Of a stretch of 64,000 bases of DNA, positions 34,976 through 44,492 are shown piece after piece. Source of the stretch: Escherichia phage alia; the sequence record NC_052655.1; one strand, 5' to 3'. The notes beneath the pieces are model-generated. The model was given only the letters and a program-made list of their open reading frames with translations, searched no databases and was not told the DNA's origin. Made by a program: the position numbers and the translations under genes. Each line of letters starts with the position of its first letter. Within the stretch, counting starts at the first letter, position 1.

Positions 34976-35575
34976 ATGAAAGAATATTGGAGTGGTGAGA
35001 AGGGCTTGCTAAAGCCAGGGATGCTTTTGCGAGTAAAGAACATGTTGATCACACAAGATTACATAATGCCTAATCCTGGAGCATTAGTAGAATTCCTTAC
35101 TGCGCGAGATCAACCTGGGGTTGGTGAAATGTGGATTGTAACGTGGATATCTCTCGATAGTAAATTGCGCGTTGCTCCTATTGACCCAAAACACTTGGAA
35201 TCTCCTTACGCCAGCATTGATTCTCGGATCATAGATTTGGCTAGAGTTTATAAGGCTAGGACTGGTGTAGAATTAGATGTAGAAATTTTAAATCAATGTA
35301 TTGACTTCTTACCTGAAAAAGTGCATAATGCACAACAAGAAGATAGCAGTTTAGAAGTTATTCTTCTGAATGATGGGATGTTCTCTGGTTTGGCATCTGT
35401 AGATTTTCCAATAACATTAAGATTGTTACCTGGAGAATACGTACTAGATGAAGATACTATTGCTATATCCTCTAAAATTTTAGAACTCATTCCAGGTGCA
35501 AGGTGTGTTGGTGATACATCTTCCTTGCTGTTTACTCTGAATGAAGAAGCCGTTATAGTTAAAAAGGAGAAGTAA
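34976..35575 (+). CDS. hypothetical protein
   Basis: Track ORF 199 aa; GCAGGAG RBS. Confidence 0.55.
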   Translation: MKEYWSGEKGLLKPGMLLRVKNMLITQDYIMPNPGALVEFLTARDQPGVGEMWIVTWISLDSKLRVAPIDPKHLESPYASIDSRIIDLARVYKARTGVELDVEILNQCIDFLPEKVHNAQQEDSSLEVILLNDGMFSGLASVDFPITLRLLPGEYVLDEDTIAISSKILELIPGARCVGDTSSLLFTLNEEAVIVKKEK

Positions 35576-35680
35576 ATGATGACGTTTATTGTTGGTGTTG
35601 TTGTTGGTTATTTTGGTCACAAGTATCAGGATGTTATCATCGCTAAAGTTGACGAAGTAATCGAAAAATTTAAACACTAA
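35576..35680 (+). CDS. hypothetical membrane micro-protein (34 aa)
   Basis: AAGGAGAAG RBS; MMTFIVGVVVGYFG hydrophobic. Confidence 0.3.
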   Translation: MMTFIVGVVVGYFGHKYQDVIIAKVDEVIEKFKH

Positions 35681-35731
35681 TTTTCTAAAAGGCTGTACTA
35701 TTGTGCAGCCTATCTTTCAAAGGAGAGTAAA

Positions 35732-35905
35732 ATGTTCAAAGATACCAATTATAAATGTGTACATTGTGGTAAATCTTTTGGTGATCACCAAGCTAAGACG
35801 TTCAATTGTCCACGAAAAGGGCGAGGTAGCTTTAAAGGTTTTAATCCATCCCACGTTTATTCTCCCAACTACGAGAAACCAGAAGAAGAAAAATTTGTAA
35901 TCTGA
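35732..35905 (+). CDS. small zinc-ribbon-like protein (57 aa)
   Basis: AAAGGAGAG RBS; CVHCGK..FNCPRKG Cys pairs; replaces out-of-frame track ORF 35703-35900. Confidence 0.45.
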   Translation: MFKDTNYKCVHCGKSFGDHQAKTFNCPRKGRGSFKGFNPSHVYSPNYEKPEEEKFVI

Positions 35906-35914
35906 GGAGGCAAT

Positions 35915-36202
35915 ATGGAACTAGTACAAGAAGTTTATGAAAAACTAAAAGAAGAGAATCTTGATTGGCCTGAACATGCTCTTATTGTCGTCAAAGATAC
36001 TAATGGTGAAATAAAATTCTCAAGTGTAAGTGAAGACGATGTTGTTTTAAGTCCTACAGGATATTATATGAGAGGTGTTACGTGTCTATTCAACACCAAA
36101 GTGTATCCTGAAGTTAAACTTAGTTACGGTGAACCTGATCATCCAGAAATCGTTACACGTAATGAATATGAAAATTATTATTTTGCTCGTGAAAGCAAAT
36201 AA
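35915..36202 (+). CDS. hypothetical protein
   Basis: Track ORF 95 aa; GAGGAGG RBS. Confidence 0.55.
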   Translation: MELVQEVYEKLKEENLDWPEHALIVVKDTNGEIKFSSVSEDDVVLSPTGYYMRGVTCLFNTKVYPEVKLSYGEPDHPEIVTRNEYENYYFARESK

Positions 36203-36210
36203 GGAAAACT

Positions 36211-36534
36211 ATGCAAAAAATAAACACTGGTTCTCGTCCTAAACAGAAGCAAACAAAAGCAAGGGTATCTTATGTTGATAACTCTTGTTATAATTTTAAA
36301 AATGTTAAAGAAGTCATCATTGACGAAAAAGAAGGTTTGATTCACATTTCATCTGAACGTTTGAAAGGTAGTGTTACTCTTCGTGAGAATGTATCTATAC
36401 CTATGAAAGTTGTGGTTACACTCTGTGTTGATAAGCCAGATGTTGTTAACTATTATGTGTTCCGTGATAGTTGTATTTCATCACATAATAAGATTTTTAA
36501 ATCTTCGCACGTTAAAACAAAACACATTGTATAA
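36211..36534 (+). CDS. hypothetical protein
   Basis: Track ORF 107 aa; AAGGAAAA RBS; terminator follows. Confidence 0.55.
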   Translation: MQKINTGSRPKQKQTKARVSYVDNSCYNFKNVKEVIIDEKEGLIHISSERLKGSVTLRENVSIPMKVVVTLCVDKPDVVNYYVFRDSCISSHNKIFKSSHVKTKHIV

Positions 36535-36540
36535 CACATA

Positions 36541-36565
36541 AACCCGCTTCGGCGGGTTTTCTTGT
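36541..36565 (+). terminator. rho-independent terminator
   Basis: AACCCGC-TTCG-GCGGGTT then TTCTTG. Confidence 0.6.
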
Positions 36566-36619
36566 ATGTATGCTCTTTATCTGTTATAAACACTTTTAGC
36601 ATAAACAATAGGAGGTATT

Positions 36620-36841
36620 ATGTCTGTAGTTGTAGAAGGTAGTATTGGTTTCTTAGTAGATAATCCTCACCCTTTCGTGGTTAAGGTTCATATTCAAGAA
36701 AAGGTAAGCAACAATACGTGGCTGTGCTTGTTAGATAGTAAGATACACTCTTATACAGAGGTTTATCTTCACACTTGGCAAATTGGTACAATAACAGCAG
36801 AGGATGAATTGATAATTGAACTATATGAACGAGATCTATAG
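36620..36841 (+). CDS. hypothetical protein
   Basis: Track ORF 73 aa; TAGGAGG RBS. Confidence 0.5.
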   Translation: MSVVVEGSIGFLVDNPHPFVVKVHIQEKVSNNTWLCLLDSKIHSYTEVYLHTWQIGTITAEDELIIELYERDL

Positions 36842-36920
36842 ATGACTTTACTAGAGAGTATTGTAGTGTTAATCATCTTTATCATTATTGTCATAGGATA
36901 TTTTACAGAAGACTAAAATA

Positions 36921-36954
36921 AAGCCCCTAGAAGCGATTCTAGGGGCTTTTGTTT
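36921..36954. terminator. bidirectional rho-independent terminator at convergence point
   Basis: AAAGCCCCTAGAAGCGATTCTAGGGGCTTTT; T-run on both strands. Confidence 0.6.
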
Positions 36955-37016
36955 GCATTAGGTAGGGAAACGTATTACTAGAATAAAAAGTGCGTTAGAA
37001 TGCGTTACAGGAGGTT

Positions 37017-37274
37017 TTAAGAATGCATAAAATCTTCTTCAGGGCAGGTTGAGAGATAAGAGATGCACGTTGGGACAACAACAACATTATCTTTAAGGTT
37101 TTCAACCAAGCCTTTTGTAATCCCAGCCACTGCCCCGTTAATATCTGCTTGACGGATACCAAAGCCTTGTTGTGCGGATAGATAACAAAATCCCTCACCT
37201 TTCTGTTGATTGTTATTGAAGTAATAAACGTAGTGCATCATAAAATGGTCTTTAACGATTTGCTCTGTGGTCAT
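37017..37274 (-). CDS. hypothetical protein
   Basis: Track ORF 85 aa. Confidence 0.45.
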   Translation of the reverse strand: MTTEQIVKDHFMMHYVYYFNNNQQKGEGFCYLSAQQGFGIRQADINGAVAGITKGLVENLKDNVVVVPTCISYLSTCPEEDFMHS

Positions 37275-37287
37275 AATATTCTCCTAT

Positions 37288-37313
37288 AAGAAAAGGGGCT
37301 TTCGCCCCCTTGG
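37288..37313 (-). terminator. rho-independent terminator (leftward)
   Basis: GGGGGCGAAAGCCCC then TTTTCTT on minus strand. Confidence 0.55.
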
Positions 37314-37318
37314 TTAAG

Positions 37319-38131
37319 TTATTTAGTCAAATGATCTTCTATCATTTTTATGAAAGCAGGATTGCTAAAAGCATCTGCGGCTTTTTCTCGATAAACAAAG
37401 ACTCCTCTATCTTCGTAAAGAAGAGTTTCTTCGTAATTAATTCCTGGGTTAACAACAATCATTTTTGTACCCATATTAAGTGCAGGGAATAATTCCCAAT
37501 TAAAATTAATAACTTGGTTTGAACATCCTACTACAACAACCAAATCTTGCATGGTCAAAGTATCAAACAAGTGAGCCATATCTGCATACAAAGGTGCAGC
37601 CTCACCAAAAAATACAACATTAGGCTTCACCCAGTTATAATCATCTATGTTTATATTGTTGTAACCGATATCTACCAGTGTCTTGTAATCTCCAGGATGC
37701 ATACGATAAACTACTTCAGGAAGATATCCGTGCACGTGAATAACAGAATTTCTGTCTACACCTGCTCGCTCTAGTAGATCATCAACGTTTGTTGTCAAGT
37801 TTACTATTTGGTTAGGATATTCCTTAAACCACTTTGCTATTTGAATATGTGCAGCATTAGGTTGTACATCTTTAAGCTCAACACGTCTTTTGTTATAAAA
37901 TTCGTGTGTTTTGGCATACAAATCCATACCGTTTTCGTCTACACCACCAACCACTGGAAGATCTGGAGATGTTCTCACACGATAACCTGCTTGGAAAGCT
38001 CCAATATCGCAGATCTCTTCTAAATCATATTCTTCCCATAAAGCACGACCACTATCTGTGTCTGTTCGGAATGTTCGAATCCCACTGTCTGCACTTAAAC
38101 CTGCGCCACTGACAAAAATTACTCTTCGCAT
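37319..38131 (-). CDS. Sir2-like (sirtuin fold) NAD-binding protein without zinc ribbon
   Basis: GAGLSADSGIRTFR, TTNVDDL, HG and VVFFGE motifs; no CxxC pairs. Confidence 0.65.
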   Translation of the reverse strand: MRRVIFVSGAGLSADSGIRTFRTDTDSGRALWEEYDLEEICDIGAFQAGYRVRTSPDLPVVGGVDENGMDLYAKTHEFYNKRRVELKDVQPNAAHIQIAKWFKEYPNQIVNLTTNVDDLLERAGVDRNSVIHVHGYLPEVVYRMHPGDYKTLVDIGYNNINIDDYNWVKPNVVFFGEAAPLYADMAHLFDTLTMQDLVVVVGCSNQVINFNWELFPALNMGTKMIVVNPGINYEETLLYEDRGVFVYREKAADAFSNPAFIKMIEDHLTK

Positions 38132-38673
38132 TCAATATCCTCTTCGTAATCATCATACCAAGAAGATGCGTCGTAACGCTCTTCCTCTTCGAAATCCCAA
38201 TTAATTTCTACTCCAAAATCTAAAAACAATTTAACAATGTTTTCTGTAGAGTAGTATTTATCATAAGCATTAGCTAGTTCCCAATACTTATCACTCAATT
38301 TTTTATAATTAGGATCATTGTAATCATGAGCTACTTTATCACCATAATCATACATCTCTTCTTCAGCTTTAAGCATAGCTTCTGGTGTAAGAAGATTAGG
38401 GAACGGACGATTTCTTTCTTTTAACTTAGAAGCAATCCAGTTTGCAACATTCGCCACTTCACCATCTCGATTATCACCTAAACAACTTGCATAATCTCCA
38501 TCTTCGTAAGTGCCTAAATCCCCACTGACTTCATGTACAATAGATGAATACGATCCACACGTTTCACAATCTGAAAAAGTGTCTACTGTTGTAATATCAA
38601 TAGATAAAACTGGTAAAGCCATAGCTTCTTTCACACAAGCCTCCTCATATAATAACATATCATCAAAACCCAT
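38119..38673 (-). CDS. hypothetical highly acidic protein
   Basis: Track ORF trimmed to Met6 with GGAGGA RBS; Asp/Glu/Tyr rich; overlaps Sir2 start. Confidence 0.5.
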   Translation of the reverse strand: MGFDDMLLYEEACVKEAMALPVLSIDITTVDTFSDCETCGSYSSIVHEVSGDLGTYEDGDYASCLGDNRDGEVANVANWIASKLKERNRPFPNLLTPEAMLKAEEEMYDYGDKVAHDYNDPNYKKLSDKYWELANAYDKYYSTENIVKLFLDFGVEINWDFEEEERYDASSWYDDYEEDIECEE

Positions 38674-38689
38674 ATATCCTCCAGACAAA

Positions 38690-38715
38690 TAAAGCCCCTG
38701 GTTGGGGCTTTGGTT
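38690..38715 (-). terminator. rho-independent terminator (leftward)
   Basis: AGCCCCAACCAGGGGCT then TTATTTG on minus strand. Confidence 0.5.
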
Positions 38716-38727
38716 AAGTTTTATGGA

Positions 38728-39339
38728 TTATACCAGACTTTTAAGGTACTTGTCAAGGGCTTCTTGATCACCTTGACAAACATAGCAACGGAAGTCTTGA
38801 GCAGAAGGTTCTTTATCCTCTTCCCAATCCCAATAGACAGTACCTTTATAGCGTGAGCCTGGGAACTCGAAGTATGCTACATGGGTAATATGGTGTGGGC
38901 CACCCCAAAACTCTGTAAAAGTAAATTGAGGATACGCTGCTTTAACTGTATTTTCAAACCAAGTTTTACGATCTAATGCTTCGTTTATAAAATAAGCATG
39001 GCGTTCCATTTCATCCCAATCTTTCCAAACGCATTTTTCATCCAGAGAAAAAACAAAATTCTCACTGTTAAAATCGTCTGTATCTGATTCCAAAATATCA
39101 TAATCATGTGCGCTAGGTATCCACCATCCAGCTTCTAATAGGGCTTTCGCAGGTACAAAACCTTTTTCAGCGTATTGATCAAATTCTTTTACTCTACGTA
39201 CAGTGCAGTATTCATCTTCACCACCAATATCCAGTATACAAGCGCCTTTGCGTCTTGCTGCAAGACCATGTGTATCAAAAACTACAACACTACCTTCACC
39301 ATCTTCACGATCTACTTGATATGCAACTTTTTGAGTCAT
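38728..39339 (-). CDS. hypothetical protein
   Basis: Track ORF 203 aa. Confidence 0.5.
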   Translation of the reverse strand: MTQKVAYQVDREDGEGSVVVFDTHGLAARRKGACILDIGGEDEYCTVRRVKEFDQYAEKGFVPAKALLEAGWWIPSAHDYDILESDTDDFNSENFVFSLDEKCVWKDWDEMERHAYFINEALDRKTWFENTVKAAYPQFTFTEFWGGPHHITHVAYFEFPGSRYKGTVYWDWEEDKEPSAQDFRCYVCQGDQEALDKYLKSLV

Positions 39340-39462
39340 ATTACCCCCAATGTATATGGGAAATTAACCAAAAGATAAATTCCCAAAAACACCAACCAAG
39401 AAAAGTTAATGGAATTATAAAAGCTATCAGAGCAGTCTTCCAGCCTTTCCACAATGTTTCCA

Positions 39463-40452
39463 TCATTCCTCCATACACTTAAGAATATGTGCAATGACAG
39501 GTATAGTCCAACCATTACCTAACATCTTATATGCTTGTGTGTTACTACTCACTTTAAAGTAATCATCAGGAACACCTTGCAAGCGGCAACACTCTTTAAC
39601 CGTTAACTTTCTATAATGTACACCTTCACTCAATTTTTCAAAGGCATCCAGATATCTTCCAGGTGGAATGTAAGCTAATAGTACGTCTTTCGGCACAGTC
39701 GTGAGGCAACGAGTTTTTTCACTGTCCTGAACTTCCAAGCAATGTACCAAACGATCAGTTTTAGATGTACTACGTTTGCCATTTTCATTAATTCTACGCC
39801 CATATATTGCTGCTGGATAAAAAACCAGTTGTCTGCGACTCTTTTCAAAATATTGTTCTATATTACCACCTTTGGCATAATTTGCATCTATGCAATAAGC
39901 CTTATCCCTGTCTACAATACTATCATCTTCAATGATATCTTGCAACACTTCATTGGTAATATCCCAAGGTTTTATTTCCCAATTGCACCAGTATAAACGT
40001 TGTCTATTCTGTGCAGTGAAATCTGCGGAGTTAATGAATACGGGATCAACACCTAAGTAACTTGTGATCACGTTTTCCCACTCCACCTTCATCTTAACGT
40101 TTTCAAGCATGAACTTAACATTAGGGTTAAACTTTTTAATATGTTCAAGAATTTCAACATATTCAAAGAACAGTTTAGATCGCGGATCTTGAAAGTTCAA
40201 ACCCTTACCAGAAGAAGAGAAGCCTTGGCACGGGCTACCACCTAACAAAAGATCAATTTCTCCCCACGGGATATCCCATTCTCTCCATTTTGTAACATCA
40301 CCTAATTGAATAATATCTGGAAAATTGGCTTGGCTTTCAGCTATGGCAAATTTATCCAATTCTGAGGCATAATACTTATCTACTTCAATACCTGCACTTT
40401 TTAGTGCAAGCATTCCTCCTGACATACCATCAAAAAGACTTAAAACTTTCAT
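39463..40452 (-). CDS. DNA (cytosine-5)-methyltransferase
   Basis: Motif I LFDGMSGG, motif IV GGSPCQGFS, ENV motif. Confidence 0.8.
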   Translation of the reverse strand: MKVLSLFDGMSGGMLALKSAGIEVDKYYASELDKFAIAESQANFPDIIQLGDVTKWREWDIPWGEIDLLLGGSPCQGFSSSGKGLNFQDPRSKLFFEYVEILEHIKKFNPNVKFMLENVKMKVEWENVITSYLGVDPVFINSADFTAQNRQRLYWCNWEIKPWDITNEVLQDIIEDDSIVDRDKAYCIDANYAKGGNIEQYFEKSRRQLVFYPAAIYGRRINENGKRSTSKTDRLVHCLEVQDSEKTRCLTTVPKDVLLAYIPPGRYLDAFEKLSEGVHYRKLTVKECCRLQGVPDDYFKVSSNTQAYKMLGNGWTIPVIAHILKCMEE

Positions 40453-40865
40453 TATTGCTTCTTCTCCTTAACACTAGCTGGTAATTCTGCCTTAAGGCAG
40501 AAGTTTAAACGGTAAGCCTCATTTTCATTTAAAAGTACAGATTCACACGACAACCAGAACAAGAGATCCTCAATACTAGGACTGTGAAGCCAACAGTGCA
40601 GAAGAGAATGTTGTTCTATATCAATGTAATTTAGCAACAAGCCTTGTAAGGCGTAACTAGTTCCTGTCGTTTTTGCTTTTTCAAGGATGATATTGTGTTT
40701 ACTAACAACCTTCTTTCTAAGACCAAACCATTTACTAACAACAACAGTTTCTTCTTGTAGTTGTTTTCTTATTTTCTCACATTCTTTAACTACAATCTGC
40801 ATCTTATCCACTGCTGATTGAAGTTGTTCTTTTGTTGGGTTTACAAAATAGTCACTATAATACAT
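40452..40865 (-). CDS. hypothetical protein
   Basis: Track ORF 137 aa; GAGGAG RBS; own promoter. Confidence 0.5.
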   Translation of the reverse strand: MYYSDYFVNPTKEQLQSAVDKMQIVVKECEKIRKQLQEETVVVSKWFGLRKKVVSKHNIILEKAKTTGTSYALQGLLLNYIDIEQHSLLHCWLHSPSIEDLLFWLSCESVLLNENEAYRLNFCLKAELPASVKEKKQ

Positions 40866-40891
40866 GCTAATCTCCTCTTCTGTTTTTGTGT

Positions 40892-40920
40892 AGTTTATTC
40901 GAAAAGACTGGTGTTGTCAA
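40892..40920 (-). promoter_or_regulatory. leftward sigma70-type promoter
   Basis: TTGACA-17-TAAACT on minus strand upstream of 40865 start. Confidence 0.45.
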
Positions 40921-40948
40921 CAAAAAACCCGCCGAAGCGGGTTTATAT
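40921..40948 (-). terminator. rho-independent terminator (leftward)
   Basis: AACCCGCTTCGGCGGGTT then TTTTTG on minus strand. Confidence 0.6.
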
Positions 40949-41205
40949 TATTCTACAGGAATTTCTTCACCAAGAGAAACTTCCAAACGGAATGCTTTAC
41001 TTTCAATACATTCACTACCTTTTAAGAAATCGAATTGCACTATAGACTGACTTAATAGAATAGATAGAATCACATCGCAATCTTCACTAGGAGCCAGATG
41101 TTTGTATTCTTCCTTCAAGGTAACATCATAAAAACATAAATCCCCTACTCCTAGTTCATCCCATCCTTCCCACGCATCTACAAAGTTAAACTCTAAACCT
41201 TTCAT
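40948..41205 (-). CDS. hypothetical protein
   Basis: Track ORF 85 aa. Confidence 0.5.
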   Translation of the reverse strand: MKGLEFNFVDAWEGWDELGVGDLCFYDVTLKEEYKHLAPSEDCDVILSILLSQSIVQFDFLKGSECIESKAFRLEVSLGEEIPVE

Positions 41206-41726
41206 ACAACCTCCTCGTAATTGTTATTGTGTTTTACTGTCTCAACATACAATAAAGATTCCATCTGTAAGACATTACCAGAAATAATAAACCCATAAGC
41301 CATTTCAGATGTGTCTATATCATACGCCCCGTCTTCCGGTTTGGCAAAGTGTAAAACTATTTCATCTGGGTTTTCTTCATCCCATATTTTAGAAATTTTC
41401 CGAACCAGAATATTAGCTAAAATAGTTGACATTCGGGATAAAGCTGTATCCTCGTATCTTTTAAAACCTAACCAATAGAGATTAAGAATTTCTACTTCTT
41501 CTTGTGTTAAGTTTTTGTCTAAAGTAATCAGATCTGTAGGATACATCGTTTTTGTTGAATCTACTATTACAAAACCTGGAGTGTTATGAAAAACAATCTT
41601 AACTTTATCACGTATGAAGTTTAAACCTTGTGCCTCAACTATGTATTGTATTGTAGGTACAATATCGTTTGTTACATCAATAAAGCTATCTTTAATGACG
41701 CTTATATTATTTCTGGACAAGACCAT
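41202..41726 (-). CDS. hypothetical protein
   Basis: Track ORF 174 aa; ATGA overlap. Confidence 0.5.
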   Translation of the reverse strand: MVLSRNNISVIKDSFIDVTNDIVPTIQYIVEAQGLNFIRDKVKIVFHNTPGFVIVDSTKTMYPTDLITLDKNLTQEEVEILNLYWLGFKRYEDTALSRMSTILANILVRKISKIWDEENPDEIVLHFAKPEDGAYDIDTSEMAYGFIISGNVLQMESLLYVETVKHNNNYEEVV

Positions 41727-42285
41727 TCTCCTCTAAAATAGGTTTAATAAATTCGAAGATTTGTTTTTTACTTTTACCTCGAATATTAAAACAAGGAACA
41801 TTAAACTTTTTAGCCAACATCCAAGCTGTTCTTGTACCACCTAAAGGATCTCCATTTTTATCTGTATTTGCACAAGCTAAAAGAAAACAAGATGGTTTTG
41901 GATTCTCAAGATCTCTGCCAAGAACTTGGTGGATATTCCTTTGATGTAATTTTTTAGCACCTTGGGATAATCTGTCCCAAGCTGGATGCAATTCTTTTGC
42001 ATATTGCAAAGTTAGAGCATAGTTCACACTGTCTGGTCTGTCAAGAACAATAACCTCTCCCTCTATCTCATTACCTTTAAACGAAGGCCAAGGAATGTAT
42101 ATTTCTTTCTTTGTATTGTTTCCACTATCATATACCCCGCATTCAAATGCGGAATCTGCACCTTCTGCTTTACCAGATCGCAAAATGAACCATGTAGATA
42201 ACCATTTTGCAACAGCTACCATAGTGTCCCATTCTTCGTCTGTAATATCTCTGCTACCAACACCTGTGTAGAATAAATCGCTCAT
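41707..42285 (-). CDS. hypothetical Rossmann-like protein, possibly SLOG/DprA superfamily
   Basis: Track ORF trimmed to Met39 with AAGGAGAAAACC RBS; GVGSRD and GKAEGADS motifs, tentative. Confidence 0.45.
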   Translation of the reverse strand: MSDLFYTGVGSRDITDEEWDTMVAVAKWLSTWFILRSGKAEGADSAFECGVYDSGNNTKKEIYIPWPSFKGNEIEGEVIVLDRPDSVNYALTLQYAKELHPAWDRLSQGAKKLHQRNIHQVLGRDLENPKPSCFLLACANTDKNGDPLGGTRTAWMLAKKFNVPCFNIRGKSKKQIFEFIKPILEENGLVQK

Positions 42286-42295
42286 GGTTTTCTCC

Positions 42296-42616
42296 TTAAC
42301 AAGTAATATTAGGAATAATACTGGGAGTAACAATTGGAGTAATAGGGTACGTAAACCAAGGGCTTCCAATTTCCCAAGGACTATAAGGTGTACGAGGATC
42401 AAATGGAGGCGTTACTTGAGGCTTTTTCCAAATCTCCGCTAGTTGTTTCTTCCATTTATCCCTTGCTGTATCGTTATCTTCATCCAACTGTTCGTCATTA
42501 TCTTTTATTTCTGATTTTGGAAATAAAAGCTCTTTGACTAACTCAACGTCTTCCGTTTCAATAGTAGTTTCTTTCGTAATATTCCCTACCGTCTCTTTAA
42601 TTGTGACTTTATACAT
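42296..42616 (-). CDS. hypothetical protein
   Basis: Track ORF 106 aa. Confidence 0.5.
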   Translation of the reverse strand: MYKVTIKETVGNITKETTIETEDVELVKELLFPKSEIKDNDEQLDEDNDTARDKWKKQLAEIWKKPQVTPPFDPRTPYSPWEIGSPWFTYPITPIVTPSIIPNITC

Positions 42617-43362
42617 TAGTCCTCCTCTAAAGTAGAATAAAATTGTAACGTATTTGAATCATCAAAATATGCAAAGGTTAAATTACCATTGAAGCAAGAT
42701 CCTGTATCCATATATACCCTATTACTGCTAATTACAGGTTTAGGAACATAAGAATGCCCGTGAAATACATAATCTACTCCTGAAACTCTAGGAAGAAGAA
42801 TCCCTTCAAGGGCGCAATCTATCATATCACGATCCCACATTAAAGATTCTGTGAATCGAGATACTTGTTCTTTATTCATATTCGAACAAAATGGCAAAAC
42901 TTCCGTCACTGGTAGATGTTCCAAAACTGAAGGATATCCTCCGTGAATAAAGCCTAGTTTCATATTACGATAATTGACAACAAGTACAACAGGTAAGTCT
43001 TCTAGCATCAAAGCAAGAGCAGTTGCACCTTCTTCTCCACACTCGTTTAGAACTGTATGGCCTCCGTTCTGAAACCAACATTCGTAATATCGCCTATCAC
43101 CTTCTAGCAACCCTTTAATCATCATATCTTCGTGATTTCCACGAATAGCATAGCGATTTAGCTTTCTGGTGAATTCAACGGTACAACGAAAATTCTGCTT
43201 GCCGCGATCTGTAAGATCTCCTAAAGATACAACAACATCTTGATCTCGAATACCTAAAGTATTAACACCTTTCTGGTATAAATCAAAGCAACCATGTAAA
43301 TCACCAATAATAAACAGGTCTTGATCATCTTTTACACTAATTTCTTGATATACTAGCATCAA
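42616..43362 (-). CDS. PPP-family Ser/Thr protein phosphatase (calcineurin-like)
   Basis: GDLHG, GDLTDRG and GNHE motifs. Confidence 0.8.
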   Translation of the reverse strand: MMLVYQEISVKDDQDLFIIGDLHGCFDLYQKGVNTLGIRDQDVVVSLGDLTDRGKQNFRCTVEFTRKLNRYAIRGNHEDMMIKGLLEGDRRYYECWFQNGGHTVLNECGEEGATALALMLEDLPVVLVVNYRNMKLGFIHGGYPSVLEHLPVTEVLPFCSNMNKEQVSRFTESLMWDRDMIDCALEGILLPRVSGVDYVFHGHSYVPKPVISSNRVYMDTGSCFNGNLTFAYFDDSNTLQFYSTLEED

Positions 43363-43685
43363 CTCTCCTCAAAATCCATAAGTATAAAGATATTAACTTT
43401 ACCTTCTATATTATGTTCTACAACAAGATCTGCAAATTCTTTGTAGGCTTTTTCTTCTATTTGTTCAATGTGAGACGCTACATCTTTGTATATAGCGTCA
43501 CCATCTACTTTAACAAGGAGGAATAGAGATCTTACCTCAATCTCTTTATTTTTGCGGGGTAGAAAATCGACGGCTTCTTGTATACGCCAGCCGAGATACC
43601 CTGGAGTCCTTTGAATATCCTCCAAATGACTTTCTAAGATTTCCCTTCCTTTGTCTATTAAAGCCTGTTCTGTCGTTATTTTCAT
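43359..43685 (-). CDS. hypothetical protein
   Basis: Track ORF 108 aa. Confidence 0.5.
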   Translation of the reverse strand: MKITTEQALIDKGREILESHLEDIQRTPGYLGWRIQEAVDFLPRKNKEIEVRSLFLLVKVDGDAIYKDVASHIEQIEEKAYKEFADLVVEHNIEGKVNIFILMDFEES

Positions 43686-43695
43686 CCCCTTCTCC

Positions 43696-44268
43696 TTAAT
43701 GTGTTAATGAAACTGCGTAACTAAACACAGGTTCAGATATTACATCGGCTACAGTAATAAAAACGTCCTCATCTTGCGTTGTTTCTACACGACATACAGT
43801 TACACCATTTACTACAAATTCAACGCAATGTGGAATATCTTCACAAACGAATGTAGTGTAAGTAACACCCAAAGCATCATACAAAGATTTAACAGTATTT
43901 GCAAGTGCCGCAGTTTCTTCTTTTTCTGAGACAATGAATGCTGTAACAACAAGATTGTTTGCATAGTTTAGACTGTCCTCTATAGCCAATGATTTACAAG
44001 GTAGTAATGCAAAATATTTACCTGGTTTAATCAGACCTGCTTCCCATTGATTCAAAATTGCCTGGGATGGTTTAGTAATATAAAACAGATTTTCACTTGG
44101 GTTATCAATATTACTTCTGGCGATACAACGTGAAGGATTATTAATATCAAACACATGATCAAAATCTACACAAACTGGTAAACTGAAAGGTGTAAATTTT
44201 TTACCTAATAATCCTACTGCTGACAATATGTTTGCTGTGCTTATCTTCCCGTTAAAAGCTAAACGCAT
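43696..44268 (-). CDS. hypothetical protein
   Basis: Track ORF 190 aa. Confidence 0.5.
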   Translation of the reverse strand: MRLAFNGKISTANILSAVGLLGKKFTPFSLPVCVDFDHVFDINNPSRCIARSNIDNPSENLFYITKPSQAILNQWEAGLIKPGKYFALLPCKSLAIEDSLNYANNLVVTAFIVSEKEETAALANTVKSLYDALGVTYTTFVCEDIPHCVEFVVNGVTVCRVETTQDEDVFITVADVISEPVFSYAVSLTH

Positions 44269-44279
44269 ATTTAACTCCT

Positions 44280-44483
44280 TTAACTAGCAACCGTAACTTC
44301 CGAACTTTCTTCTTTCGTACTGTCTACGATATGCCTGGTGGCAATATACGAGACTTGCCAGTTACCATCTGGTGTAGTCTCAATAAGTACCCTATCTACT
44401 TCGAGAAAATGCAAAAATTCAACCATCGCTCGCTTCGATAGGAATTGTTTTTTAACAGTCTCCTCAAAAGATTGAACTGCCAT
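44280..44483 (-). CDS. hypothetical small protein
   Basis: Track ORF 67 aa. Confidence 0.45.
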   Translation of the reverse strand: MAVQSFEETVKKQFLSKRAMVEFLHFLEVDRVLIETTPDGNWQVSYIATRHIVDSTKEESSEVTVAS

Positions 44484-44492
44484 GTTTCCTCC

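Noticed and set aside
35703-35900. Track ORF 35703-35900 (+)
   Set aside because: Wrong frame; the 35732-35905 frame has an AAAGGAGAG RBS and Cys-pair zinc-ribbon pattern.
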